From Phoronis australis (lineage: Eukaryota > Animalia > Phoronida): 64,000 bases of DNA. The DNA lies in the NCBI GenBank assembly GCA_002633005.1, contig NMRA01000209.1, forward strand, positions 420,429-484,428, read 5' to 3'. The notes beneath the pieces were generated by a model. That model was given only the letters and a program-made list of their open reading frames with translations, was not told the origin of the DNA and ran no database searches. Below are positions 27,318-41,545 of the stretch, piece after piece. Within the stretch, counting starts at the first letter, position 1; every line of letters begins with the position of its first letter. The position numbers and the translations under genes were made by a program.

Positions 27318-30300
27318 CACTTTTAAATTTACTTTGAAATAGACATTTTTCATACACTGTATGGTTCAAACTAACGAAATCACCGTAAGAGATATATATA
27401 TCTCTAATAAATTTTAAGCCGTTTACAAACCAAGGCTTATAAAAAACACTTGTGCCCCTCTCCCCGATCGCCAAGTTACTGTTAAACCACAAAGGTTGAT
27501 TAAAAAAATCCTCCTTACTTGCAACAATAATTTTGTTGTACTTCCAAACACTTTTTGCCAGTAGGAATTACCAATTAGAGCTAACTTCGACTTAATAAAG
27601 TCATCTCCAAATGAAGTAAAATTCTTTAAGATCGGGTAGAGTGAGTGCAGTAATTCACAACTTTTAGACGCAGGGCTTTCAAGATATCTACGAGCCATAG
27701 CGAGTTTTAAAGTTTTGTTGAAAGTATGCATATTAATTATTTGAAGGCCCCTTGATCAAGTCCTAAACAGGCCGTGGTTCGTTTAATTTTATCATTACGA
27801 CGAGCCTGCCATACAAATCTAAAAAATGGCGTATTCAATTCATGCAAGACTTTTACTGGTGGATTTGGTAAACTTGACAACAAAAGCTTACGTTTAGAAA
27901 TAGCTAACGTTGTAATTACCGTAACTCTACCAAACGGCGTTGAATTTGGTCGACTCCAACTTCTTAATAAAAGCTTAATCTCAGTTATTCTTGCAGTGAA
28001 GTTCTTATGCGTCATACTATCCAATTGAGTGTCAAAATCCACCCCCAAAAATCTAAAAGATTTCTTGTCCAAGACGGACTTTCTTTAATTGTAGGAATCA
28101 CGTCATCACTACCACTTTTACTTCCAAACCACATGGCTTTCGTTTTGTCCACACTCACTTGGAGACCGGAGACACTAGCAAACAAATGAAGTACATTCAA
28201 TGAGGTAGACAATGACAAATTCGACCCATCCGGCGCAATTGATGTGTCATCCCTATATTGTAAAATCAAATATGCCATATTTCCTGCAACTACACCAGCA
28301 ATATTTTTCATTACTCTTAATTAAATACGCCGAAATCTCCGTGCACAATATGAAAATGTAGGGAGACAAAGGGCCTCCTTGTCTGCAGCCACGCAAAATA
28401 TTAAACCACGAAGATGGGTGACCATTTACGACAACACTGGACTTAATATTACTGTAAAAGACTTTCACCCACCTTCTGATAGACCAACCAAAATTAAGGA
28501 AAGGTATTTTTTTAATAGAATTCCACGACAATGAACCAAATGCTTTCTCAAAATAAATCAGTAAAAGCAATCCAGATTTGTTAGCTGCCTGGGCATAAAA
28601 CATTAAATAATATAGCACGCGAATTGTTCCGTTCATGTTTCTTCCAGAAACGAAACCTGTCTGGTCCTTAGTGATTAGTTTTCCCAAAACGGGTTTCAAC
28701 TGTTCAGCCACAGCCGAAGAAGCCAATTTATATCTCACATTGAAGAAGGATGTGGGTCTCCAGTTTTCAAAATAATGTTTACTTTTATCTGCTCCCTTAG
28801 GGATGCAGGTAATCACTCCCTCTTTCTGTGTTGATGATAGCTGGCCAACTGCTAAACCAATGATAGGTGAGCGAGCAACGAAATGTCCAATGTCAGCCCA
28901 ACAAAAATTTGAAAATTCCACTAAAAAACCGTAAGAGCCGGGGCTCTTTTTGTTTTTCATTATTTCAAGCATTGTATTACTTCTTCATATGTAAGAGGAC
29001 CAGTCCTTCTATTTTTTTCTGAATCATTCAGTTTGGAGACACAAACCTTACCAAGAAGAGTCTCTAAAGCAGTATTGTTGAAATGTCTATATTTGTATAG
29101 ATTTTCATGAAAAGTTTCCTCCTTCACTAATGGTTTTAGAATTGTCAGATTTCCACAAAAAGGCATCAACTTACTTGTTTAATGCCTATTTTCCAAGTGA
29201 AGAAAATATTTGGAAGGTTTTTCAACCTCTTCAATCAATCTTGCTCTCGACCTAATCATAAGACCCCTTAACTTATGTTGCCTTAGCTCGACAAGTTGAT
29301 TATTTTTTGTCCCAGTAGTTCCCTGCCAAGGCCTAGACTTTTTTCCAACAAACTTATTCCTTCGATACGTTGCTGTTTAGGTCTATCACTTTTTTAAGTA
29401 AGTAGTAAAGGAAATTGGTTTGCCGCAAAACTCCATCAACAATGTTTCAAGAGAAATTTGATTATTTATAGACAATTGTAAATCTGAATTATTACTCTAT
29501 CAACTTTAGGAATATCGTGCGTCATATACTGTTGTTTAACTAATTTAATAGTTTTCTTGACTGCAGCAATATACTCAGAGTTTTTTAGGAGAGAATTATT
29601 AAACTTCCAAGATGATTTCCTCCTCCTGGAACCATCACCTTTAAAAAATCGTTACCATTGAATCATCGGACCGGTAACCGAATTATATTATGGAGTCTTC
29701 AATATCGGCTAAGAGGTTTTCAAAAATTAAAAAAAAAATCTAGTCTGATCGTTTACTTCCAGCTCCCCAAGTGTATTCTTTACTATTGGAGTGTCGTTCC
29801 TGCCACACATCAGTAATAAAAAATTCTGTAAAAATCTCCATCAGCTTAATCCGTGACTTCGGGTTATTAACCTGTCGATAATTAAGCGTGCCTTTAGACT
29901 GACCGAGAGTAAGATTAAAATCATCTGCCCAAATAACAGAGTAATCTCCTATATCATGAATGCCTTGTTTTATTCTTTCAAAAAAAGACGTCGAGTTCCT
30001 ATTCGGACAATACGTATTAGTTAACGTTATTTTTGTCTCATTGATAGTAATATCCAAAATTAGTTTATTGCCATTGTAGTCTTGAAAAATGTTATGTTAT
30101 TTATAATCAAAAGTGTTCTTAAAGAGGATCGTCACTCCACGGGATTTTGAGGTATTTGAACTCAAAAAACATTCATATCCTCACATTGATCTAATATTGT
30201 TTTCTTCTCCCTTATTAAAGTGTTTGTCATGTAGGCAATAAATGGAGTACTGCTTTTCTCCTAAATAATTGAGAACATCTTTTCGTTTTTCATGGAGACC

Positions 30301-30348
30301 CAGTCCTCTGCAGTTCAATGAGGTTACTTTAAGTCCACCTGTCATCAT
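27318..30348 (-). pseudogene. L1/Tx1 ORF2 (AP endonuclease + reverse transcriptase), frameshifted
   Basis: LKVTSLNCRGL (APE start), NTYCPN, DDFN, KSPGSYG, NWRPTS, DQTGFV, RGCRQGGPLSPYIF and QYRDDT (YADD equivalent). Multiple stops and frameshifts. Confidence 0.9.
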
Positions 30349-31089
30349 TATAATGTTTATGCACACACATCAAATGACAATCAAATAATAGTGTTACAAT
30401 CCTGACCCATTCACACCATATACACACAAAACAAAACAAAAACAATACAAACACATTCCCAAGCACATCATAGATTTCACAGAGTACAACGTCGATGTCA
30501 AATATGATGTAACCAAGTATAGAAAACACATGGAAACTAATCCTCATAGTAAGGCTTATTCTCCCAGTATTTCCCATAATGAAGCTATAATAAAGCATTT
30601 AGAAACATTGCTCATGTGGTTCTCATACAAAAACAAGTAGATTGAAAAGAAGGGATGATATGTTGGCGCTTATCAATGATACAAAAATTTAACATGTTCA
30701 AAAGTCATTTGGCCGTTATACGGTGTCTTTAATTCTGCACTGTCATTGTATGGAACCCTGTTTCGTGGCTGACTTATGTTTTGATGTGTAAGTGCGTTTA
30801 TCGCGGGTCTTTGTTTTGTTTAATGACGTTCACTGCATGATTTATGATTTGATGCGCGTTTGTCAGCGTCTTTACTTCATGAACATATTAGTGAATGGAA
30901 TCTTTTGAGTGGTAAGTTTTTAGTTTTTAAACGTCGTATTTAATCGAATCTAAAATCCGTTTGGACGATATTAAATTTTGCCCAGTTTATGTATACGTAC
31001 GTATTTAATTTTAGTATTTTAAACGTTGTAGAAACGTGTACTCACGTTGCCAAGAATATCATACAGATCTGGCCACGCACAGCTTGTAT

Positions 31090-32430
31090 TGGCCTTGGCG
31101 CAAAGTAGCTAGCCAGCTAGCTGTATGAAGACCATCGTCAAAATACAGCTAGGTACCACGGTGTGTATTTCTTCCGTAGACCCCGAAATTGCACGCCATG
31201 GTAGTTCTGCTTGTCCCCTTGCCGTGAATCGTGTATCAACTCGTAAAGCTAAAGACTGGAAGGAGTGCATGCAAAATCTGGGAATCAACAGACAAACAGA
31301 CACTCACCTTGCCTTTACAGCCGTTTAAGTGAAAAACAATGTAACAAACGTCATTTTCTTGGGTAACTATTCGCCTTTTCTAACAATGAAAGAATGTCGT
31401 CGTTTTAAAAACAGTACGCTCGTGTCACGCGCCTTTTCCTAAGATTTGCAACACTTTTGCAGCAGCAAAATTTGTTGCGAAACTAAGCTTTTTGGAATCG
31501 CAAGTCTAAAAACTTATAATGAAGTGAAAACAGTTCCAATAGTTTGTTGTGGCCTGTACGCAACCTCGTGAAAGAACAACAGCTGATTGAAGAATCGGCT
31601 AAAAAAGAAACTGGCCAATAGGTGAAGCAATATTTCATGGCGCCGAAACCCGTCCCTAAAGATCGCTCCACAACTTTAGCAGCACAATAACGGTAGAACC
31701 CCATTTTCCAACACCGTTAAATAATTTTGTTTACTCATGGAAAACTGTAGATTTTAATGACACTAATTTTGTGTCATATTTTATCTTACCACGTTTTTGC
31801 AAACATCGGTGCAAAGCTGTATGTTTAGTATACAGCTTTGTACCAAGGATTGGTGCAAAGTTGAATTCTATACATGTATATACAGCTTCGCACCGATCTG
31901 GGTAAAAATGACAAGATATGTCATGACACAAAATAAGTACATGTATCATTAAAACTACGGAGTTCCTTGAGTAAATAAAAATATGTTTTGGTTTTGGAAA
32001 AATTGGGTTCTTCCGTTGTTCTGCTGTTAAGGTTGTGGAGCGATCTTTTGCATCGACTTTTGGCGCCATGAAATATTGCGTCACCTATTGGTTAGTTTCT
32101 TATTTCGCCGATTCTTCAAACAACTGTTGCTGTTTCATTTGTTGTGACGTGTACGTAACCTCGTGAAAGAACAACAATTGATTGAAAAAGTCGCAAAAAT
32201 GGCCAATAGGTGATACAATATCTCATGGCGCCGAAAACAGACGCAGAAGATCGATCCACAAATTTATGTGCAGAATAACGGTAGAACGACAATTTTCCAA
32301 AAAAAAACAGAACATAATTTCATTTACCCAGAAAAGTGTGTAGTTTTGAATGACAATATTTCTTTCTGGCCATTTTTACCTGCATCCGCGCAAAGCTGTA
32401 TGTTTAATATACACCTTTGTACCAATGCTA
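31090..32430. mobile_element. Academ-like non-autonomous element with internal direct-inverted-direct triplication
   Basis: Ends tggccttggcgcaaag ... ctttgtaccaatgcta. 31108-31850 is homologous to 37345-38090. A block of about 290 bp occurs at about 31547-31848 (+), 31880-32138 (-) and 32143-32430 (+). Confidence 0.5.
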
Positions 32431-35400
32431 CTAGGTTGGCTAAGGGTCATATATGACTTACATGTAGTACAACGATCCCCTTGACCCAAGGAAGGAGAAC
32501 GGCTGTTCAGGGAAATTTTGTAACACATTTTATCTTCTAGCAACACCTCCCTTACAAATGGAATGTCCACACCGAGACTCCACCAGTTAGGGCAACTTGT
32601 GGTAAGGAATATGACACGAGACAAGAAGACCTCGACGAAGGTCAGCAGCAAGCTTTACATTTTCGGTGGATCTGCAGTGAAAACGAAGACAGTAACCAAA
32701 CGAGTCCTGGGGCACGGTAGACATCCTTCTGTTGTCCAGTGACTGGAGTATTACCGTCCACGAACACAGACATTTGTGTGGGCAAAGCTGCTACTAGACA
32801 TTTGGTGCTCAGGTGCGTCGAGAATGGTGGCTATAGTGACTAATTAAACGATACCACGGGGGACTAGAATAACTGGGGCGTGCCATCGCACGGGACTGAA
32901 GTATTAAAGGTTCAAATGCAACCGACAATGTCATTGGGATTGAAGACTATGAAGAAGAGGACCTTGACAGTTGAGGTAACGGACTAAGCAGAGAAAGCTT
33001 CCACAGGGATCTGCCGTTTTATCTGCTGCATGTGCATACAGAAGATGTCGTTAGGCAGATAATGGGTACTAATGTTGAAGAGAATCTTGGGAAAGACCCT
33101 TGACAGTAAGACGACAGAAGCCCAGCTGATGAAGACGTGGGGGTAAATTGAAGCCTGTGATTAAAGGTTGTGCTTCTCAAACTACCAAATGCATCATCTC
33201 AAAGCTAGTGCTAACAAAATCTAATTCTGTTTGGTACGGTACTTACGGCATCACATACGGCCTCGCTTGGTTATATTTCGCTTATTTTAACCTATTTGTT
33301 ACAACGATGAATCGAGTTCTCTGCCATTTTATGGCCGTGGAATATGGCGTTGTGACGTCGTATTGCAATTAGTGGAGACCTGTATGCCAGGTCTTCATTT
33401 TTGACATAACCAAAATCCTTGCTTGCATTTTGGACATCTGATCTCACTGACAAGTTCCGGTAAACACAATCCTCTAGATAGATGCCTACTTGCGAATAAA
33501 AAGGAACATGAGGTCAGGTGGGGAATTTCTATGAAGAGTGGCCGGCCTAAGGAAAAAAATCATGCGACTTGGATTATTTTTTGTTTGCTCTGACGAAGAA
33601 TCGTGTCCAAAAACAGTCTGAATTGCCCGTGGGACAATTCTGTTCGGAAATCGCAAGTATTCGAATTCCGCACCCGACCTGTCGGCGTGTTTCATTCGCA
33701 ATTGATCTATCAGCAATAATGTAATTAACTCTGTTAGCCTGTTTTATTAGTTATGCGCCATTCCTGTCGGGTGTGAATGGAAATGAACAAAATTCCCCGG
33801 GTCTCGCATTTGTTAGAATTCACAAGTCGACTAAAATGCGTTGACCTGAATTTCAGCTCGGGTATCCAAATTGGTCGCAAATGCAGCATTTGAAAGGGTT
33901 ATTCTCTTATAAAAATTTGCTCTCAAAGGTCGCCTTGCCTCCCCTTCACGTTGCGAAAATACGTGGAAACGAGCATTGTTCAAAGATGCCTACATCTATC
34001 TTTAGAGCATATGCTGCACCTAGTGACCAACACAACTAATAGTTTTTTATTTCAAACTCAAGAAAGTCCAGTGAAAAATTATACTTCTGCTGTACCATCT
34101 TAACATTTTTATCATGCCGAATGCGTTTCTTTTGCTTCTTCAAAAACCAGACGACCACACATTTATTAATGATTGATAATAGAGATCAACATAAGTTGTC
34201 TTCTTTTTAAGACAATATTTAATTATGTTAATTAATTGTTCATATTGTTATGAATTGATTACCTTGAAATAATTCTTTAAACTCTAAGTATTGGCTTGTA
34301 ATCATAACTCGCCAACTCTTAAATTTTGATTGTTCATGCTACACTGTATGTTTTTCTTGTTAGTAGCATTTCATTGGTAACATTGTCTCACTTTGGTTAT
34401 ACTTGACACTTTTTCAAAAGGGACCAATCAAAATACTTAAAGTGAAGCCAGATCAGTAAATTTGTGGGAAGCAGTTGGACATTTTTTTAAAAATGACGCA
34501 GACATTCCCTTGGAGATAGCGTCCAGTTCGAAGTTTTAAGTAGAGATACCAACATGTATTTCTCGCAAAGAGATCGCAGCTTGTTGGTAATGTAACTTTT
34601 TGCTCTCTTCAAGAATGGTGCACCTATATTTTATAGCCAAGTGGAAACTTTACTTTTATTAATTGAATTCCATGTTGCAGTAGGGCTATTGCGCTTACTT
34701 CGCCACTAAACATGAAAATTGCTAAACTGCGAATATATTAGCAACGTATTTCACCAAATACAGTACCATCATGTTAATGCTTAGTATGTCTGTGTACAGT
34801 CATAGAGTACGTACACTGTACCATGCTGATCACTGTCTTGGGTGCCATAAATGTACATGTAGAAGTGCCTTAATGCTTCAAGGTCTTAACAGAATTGGAG
34901 TAAGAACCCAGCTAAAGCATGGCCAAAATTACAGTCACAGAGTAAGTAAACTTATATGTAATAGTAGGCGTTACAACTACCTTGTCATTAAACAATTTGA
35001 GTTTCTTTTTTCAAAGGTTGCGGTATTCCTCACACCTGCTCGTGTAACTTACTCTCATCCCATCCAACACTTTATATTGAATACGCTAACAATCACAATA
35101 CAAAACGGAAACGAGATTCCCGCAGTTTAAAATAAGATCGTTACTGGCTGACGCTCAGTCAGCTGATGACCGCACGCAACTTGCATACATTGTAGAGCTA
35201 TTGCCGTATCAAACTTGTAAAACTGTCATGGAAACCAAAGCGTACTCGGTAAGGTTTAGCGATTATATATAATTAGTTTGGAATTGTACGCCGAACTTAA
35301 CGAAGTTTGAATAAAATAATGATCGAATCGTATCTATTCCATGGACTATGAATGACCGGCGATGGGAACAACTAATTTGTGACCTAAATAAAATATATCC

Positions 35401-37347
35401 GACACCAAAACTTTTCAACGAGACAAATTGAAAAAAAAAATCTTGCGTGGTATGATCACACTGCTCAGAGGTTCCGACATTTTGTGTGAGATTTGAAGAC
35501 CATAATAGCCAAACGGAATTTTTAAACTCGATGGTACAATAAGATTATTGTACCCACTTCGCCCCTAAAGTTAATGAGGCCAGTATTTCCGTAGGTTTTA
35601 AAGATTTTTTCGGAAAGTTTTTTACAATTAATCCGATAGGATTCAGCTTTACCTTGCACGCTTTCGCTTCTAGAAGAGAGAGGAATATTATAAAGATTAG
35701 TGGGTTTTTACCTTAAAAGCATCCATCGTTCATGGCAACTCTAATTTCTATGAGCGTACCCTCAATATAGCCGGTTTTGTGATTTCAACGAATTCTCAAC
35801 GTGCCAGCAAATGCACTATTGGCATTGTATTTGAGTTATGAAATGCATTTTCATCTATTAACGCATACGTGTACTCTCTGTGCCACAGGTTGCGTATTGG
35901 GGTTCTTGTTTTGAAAATAGTGCGGTGCGTGAGTTGTCGCCATTCTAGTCGGATGTGAAAGGAAGTACATGTATAGGCATTCATACGGTCGGACAATAGT
36001 TAGAATTCCCGGATGGACTAAAATGCGCTGACCGGAATTTCAACTCGCGTAACCAAAATGGTCGTAAAAGCATCATTTGAACTGGTTGTTTTCTTGTAGC
36101 CATTTACTGTCAAAGCTCTTCTTGCCTGGCCTCCACTTATGGTTCTTTTATGAATTCATTTTGTAAAAATACCTGGAAATGAGCATTATTCAAAGTTGCC
36201 AGCCATTTGTCTTGAGATAATATGGTGCACCTAGTGACCAACAAAGCTAATACTGTAGTTATAAATTTGGAATTCAAGTAACTCCAGTGAAAATTTATAT
36301 TTCACCCATATTACACTATCAGTTTTATCTTTTCCAATGGGTTTCCTTGGCTTCTGCGAAAAGCAGACGATCATACATTTGTTGTTGTTTTGATAATACA
36401 TATGAGTTTTCTTGTACGTAATCTATATATAATTAACGGTATGTTAATTTCTTGTCAATGATTTGAATTGATACGCTTGAAATAAGTCATCAAATCTTAC
36501 ATGTAGGTATTGGCTTGTTACCATACATGTAATTCAAATAGTCATCTATTTTGCATGTTCGTAAAACATTTTCTTGTTATTAACATGTCACACGTAAACT
36601 GCTCCCACTTTGGTTATGCCTGATGCTTTTTTCTTAGGAACCAACCAATAAAACTCAAAGTGATGCCAGATATGAAAACCTGTAGGATACATTTGGCAAT
36701 GATTGAAAAAGATGGCAGACATTACCTTGGAGATAGCATACAGTTCATGGCTTTGCAACTTGTTGGTGATGTATCTCTTTGCTCTTTTCAAGAACGGTGT
36801 TCTTCTATATTATGACCAAAAGGACTTTATTATTTTATAAATAAAACCCCATGTTGCAGTAATGCTATTGCACTTACTTTGCCCCGAAATGTAAGGAATG
36901 AAGTCTTTGTATTGGGATTTATTTGAAACGTTTTGTGTAGAAAGTGTTGGTCAAAGTGTTACATCGTCGATCGCTTTTGCTTCTAGAAAATAGAGAAAGA
37001 AAAAATGATTGGTGATTTTTCACCTTAAAAGCAGCAATCGTTGCATACATTGTCTAGTTATTAACGTATCAAAACTTTTGAAACTGTAATGGAAACCAGA
37101 GTCTACTTGTTATAGTGTAGCGACTATGGGTATTCAATTTGGATTGATATGCCAAGTTTAACGAAGCTTCAATAAAATAATGATCCAGTTGTGTCTATTT
37201 CATAGACTATGAACGACCGGCGATGGAAGCAACGAAATTGTGAACTAAATAAAATACTTCCGACACCAAACCTTGTCAACGAGACAAATTGAAAAGTATG
37301 ATCACACCGCTCACCCATTGTTCATGGGAACTGTAATTTCTATAAGC

Positions 37348-38090
37348 TAGCCAGCCACTTAGATGTATGAAGCTATCGTCAAAATCCAGCTCGGTACCAT
37401 TGTGTGTATTTCTTCCGTAGACCCCAAAATTGCACACAGTCAGGGTAGTTCTGCTTGTCACCGCGCCGTGAAACTTGTATTAACATGTAAAGCTAAAGAC
37501 CGGATGGGGTGCATGCAAAATCTGGGAATCAACCGACACTCACCATTCCCGTTACAGCCGTTTAAGTGAAAAACAATGCAATAAACGTCATTTTCTTGCG
37601 TAACTCTCTGCCTTTTCTAATAATGAAAAGTATGTCGTCGTTTTGAAAACAGTACGCTTGTGTCACGCGCACGCGCTATTTCCTAAATTTTTGCGACATC
37701 TCTCGGGAGATGATGATAGCTTGGCGGCAGCAAAATTTCTTCTGAAATTTAGTTCTTCGGTATCAAAATTCTAAAAACTTATTATGAAGAGAAACCAGTT
37801 CCGATAATTTTTTGTGACGTGTATGCAACCTCGTGAAAAAAGAACAGTTGATTGAAGAATCGGCGAAAGGAGAAACTGGCCAATAGGTTACACACTACTT
37901 CACGGCGCCGAAAGCCGTCTGCAGCACCGTTAAATAATTTAATTTACTCAATGAAGGCTATAGTTTTTAATGACACTACTTTTGTTTCACATTTGATCTT
38001 ACCATTTTTTGCCCATATCGATGCAAAGCTGTATATTTATATACAATTATATACATATATATATAAATATACAGCTTTGTAGCAAGGCTA
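37348..38090. mobile_element. Academ(H)-like non-autonomous element inserted in the array
   Basis: TAGCC...GGCTA termini and a 9-bp duplication TCTATAAGC (37339-37347 and 41607-41615, the right copy displaced by a LINE insertion). Confidence 0.6.
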
Positions 38091-38100
38091 TCTATCTATC

Positions 38101-38132
<32 letters not shown>

Positions 38133-38791
38133 AACTAGGCCTCCGGCCCTTGTTACAATCAAATCATCAAATACAATAAAGGTAAGTGTCAAACACTAGA
38201 AGTAAACAGAATTCTTCTTCGCTTGAATGCGAAATGAACATATTTACATGTTGACCATATAAGATATTTTTCCTCCATAGTCATGAGTCATGTTGAATTT
38301 TGTAACATTGGGGTTGTTGTAGCTCCATGCAGGCAAATATCGTTTCCTTAGGTCATCGTAGAATGGGCATTCGATAACAAAATGATATTCTGACTCGACA
38401 TATGTCCTAACACAGAGAGGGCATAACCTTTCTGTTCTGCAAAGTTTCAAGTGTCTACCCTTTTGAATCATTAGTGCATGCGCTGAACATCTCAATCTTA
38501 CCATATCAGATCTAATATTTACATTGTCAATTATATCTAAATAGTTTTCAAAACATATATTTAACTAAAAAGTTCTGTAAGTTTCCAGCTTAATCGAATT
38601 GTTCAAAATATCTTGACATTTTGGCTGATCAATATCTTTGCATCTTTGTTTAAAAAGTGATATGAAGCTTGTTTCGGAACCTACACCCTGATTATACCAT
38701 GCTTCTCCAAAACCAAACTGAAATAGCACTTTCTTAACATCATTAACCCAGCACGGTTTATTCTCCGTCATATTGTACTGCCATTCATAGC

Positions 38792-39918
38792 CACAGGCGC
38801 TTGGGTTTATCGCAAATGACGTCACTCAATAATATATGTAAGAAAACATAAAGGTTGGACACTCGAAATCTGTTTGCTCAGAATTTTCTACTCAAATGTG
38901 CATGGAACTCCACGAAACTAGCATCGAACAACTCTTAGAATACCTTCTTTCATTTGATCTCTTCAAATTGCCTTCGAGTGGTGATTTGGCGACAAAAATG
39001 CCAAAAGAATGCCAAAATCACAAATTCAAGGACCTAATTCCGTGATGTCATGGCAGACGGTCTTCGCACATCCGGGTTATGACGGACGCTCCCGAGCTAA
39101 ATTCGAAAGTCTAATTTCGTGCGGCTTTCGCCGTCAAACCCTCGACTACTTGATCATGAGAAGCAGGGAGCACTTTATTGCCAAATAAATGTAATTACTC
39201 ACATAATTATTTCAAATGTAAATTATCCTGATACTGTATTGATATGCGAAGTTTTTTGTGTACTGTGATCTCTTATGAAGGTTTTACTTTTGGCCAAAAA
39301 CCATTGAGTTAGCTCGTCGGCCACGCGCATTGTAATACTTGCACGGACTGCGTTTCCTGTCCGAGTGTGTGTTGTGCTTCATCCAAGAAAAGTGTGTGAT
39401 CTCAAGATGAGAAACAAGATACTCCAGTTTATGCAATAAGATTCTAAGTTAGGGGATAAAATGAGCCGTCAGTGGAATAAAGTTACAAATAATCATTGAA
39501 ATACTAACTTTAACATTCTCAATTAGTTGAGTTTTGGATTAGAATTATTGACTTTGAAATATAGGTTGCTTGCTCAAACTCGAAGTTTCACCTACGACAG
39601 TCGTGCAAGTTGAAGCACAACTGAAATCCGCCATGTTTACTATTTCAGGTCCTTGAATTCTGAGTTTTGAGATTGTTTTGTAAATTCCATCGCCAATTCA
39701 CCACTCACGAAGACAGTTAATGGGATCTAGGAAAGATAAGGCTTCGAAGGCTTATGCAACACCAGACTGAGGGAGGTGCACGCAGATTTTATTTGGATTT
39801 TAGACGGTTGAAGTTGGGAGCCTCGGCCTGGCAAAGTTTAAGTGTCCAACCTTTATGTTTTCTTACATGTATATATATTATTGAGTGACGTCATTTGCGA
39901 TAAACCCAAGCGCCTGTG
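38792..39918. mobile_element. Non-autonomous DNA transposon with about 70-bp near-perfect TIRs and 8-bp TSD (P, Zisupton or hAT type)
   Basis: TIR CACAGGCGCTTGGGTTTATCGCAAATGACGTCACTCAATAAT... at both ends. TSD TTCATAGC at 38784-38791 and 39919-39926. It splits the LINE reading frame. Confidence 0.9.
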
Positions 39919-40465
39919 TTCATAGCAATGATATGTAATTTTTGACTCATCGGTTCTTAATAGTTTAAACCAATATTTCATAATTCTAGGAAGTTGGTAA
40001 GCAATCAAGGAGTAACGACCCATCTCACCTCTAGCAGTCGATGAAATTGCCGTGCTAGGCAAATTTAAAATTTCATTACAAAATTTTATGTGGACTATTT
40101 CAATATATTCGTAATCACTAAAACCCCAGATCTCACAGCCATAACGAAGTATCGGCAATATTTTCAATCGAATAATTTTAAACTAACTTTAACAGGGAGT
40201 GCATTAAAACCATTGACATTTTTTCTCATTAAATTCACTCCTTTAGTAGCCTGTAATGATAGAGTTTTCTGTGAGCAAGACCACGAACCTTTCGTAGTAA
40301 ACATTAATCCTAGATATTTGTATGCATTAACAATATTAACAGTATTCCCATCATACTTTCATTTTTCATACGATCGTAACATTCCACCTTTTCTGAAAAC
40401 ATTTATCTTAGTATTCGACATGTTAACAATCAATTTCCATTTCTGACTATACTCATATAAAATGT

Positions 40466-41545
40466 TCAATTTTTATGCAGTCCTTTCACACTATAAGAAA
40501 ATAAAACCAAATCATCAGCAAACAGCAGATGCAATAATTCAGCTGATCCCATGGTAATTTTTTCACCGCCACCTGATTCTAATTCTTGTTCGAGATCGTC
40601 TATAAATAAAATAAACAAAAACGGTGATAGCTTAGAGCCTTGTTTTAGACCATTGTGACAACCAAAGAACTCCGTGTACCTCCCGTTACTCAGTCTCACG
40701 CACGCTTTTACTTCAGCGTACATTGCTTTGATTAACTTATACATCGTACCTTCTATGTGATTGTTCTTTAATTTAAAATACAATGCGCTTCTATGTATAC
40801 TGTCATAGGCTGCCTTAAAATCCACGAAAGCACAATAAAATCTACCTTTCTCTCTTGTCAAATATTCAATTATTAACGTATATAAAGCAAACATGTGATC
40901 CACCGTACTGTGCCCTTTCCTAAACACAGCTTGAGACATACTGATTACGTTTTCTCTTTCCGACCATTTTAGAAGTCGCCGCACAATATTGTTTTCATAT
41001 ATTTTGGCTGTAACTTGCATGAGGGATATTCCCCTGAAATTTTCAGGAATTTTGGTACCGCCCTTAAATATCGGTACTATAATGGATTTTGTCCATTCTT
41101 TTGGAACCACGCCATTTTTAAAAAAGTAGTTGTATACCTGGAACAGCGAATCTACCAACTTTTTATCAGTATACTTGTAGAACTCAATACTAATTTCATC
41201 GCATCCTGGCGAAGTTCCGTCTTTCATACTACCGATGGTTTGTATAATTTCGTCTTTTGTGATTTCAGCGTCAAACTCCATATCAACAACTGCATTACTT
41301 GAATTGATGTCATTTTTTACTGAGTTCTCAATAAAAGCATGAAACTCAGCGAACTCTGTATTAGTAACAAAATAGTGGCCTTTGAACAGAGAGTTGAAAT
41401 AATTTATCCATTCCTCCGGTTTAATATTCGTCGATATACCTTTCTTCTTAATATTAAATGCGCGCCAGGATTTTTTACTGTCTTTACTCTCCACAGCTGA
41501 TTTCAAAGTTTTGTAATGTTTTCTGTTACACTCTATCTGTTTCAC
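40466..41545 (-). pseudogene. Non-LTR reverse transcriptase domain (RTE-X-like)
   Basis: SPGCDEI, IVPIFKG, PENFRGISL, FVDFKAAYDSI, GLKQGSKLSPFLF, LLFADD. Frameshifted downstream. Confidence 0.92.

Larger units (their letters stand above)
20347..30645 (-). mobile_element. L1/Tx1-clade LINE (about 4.1 kb of own sequence) interrupted by two DNA transposons
   Basis: Poly(A) at 20347-20353 (read as T) and 15-bp TSD AAAGAAGGGATGATA at 20332-20346 and 30646-30660. ORF2 relics run APE, RT, zf-RVT in order once 21045-22712 and 22810-27313 are removed. Confidence 0.9.

Noticed and set aside
32455-33150. GC-richer tract that may be a decayed retroelement coding region
   Set aside because: No convincing motif in any frame.
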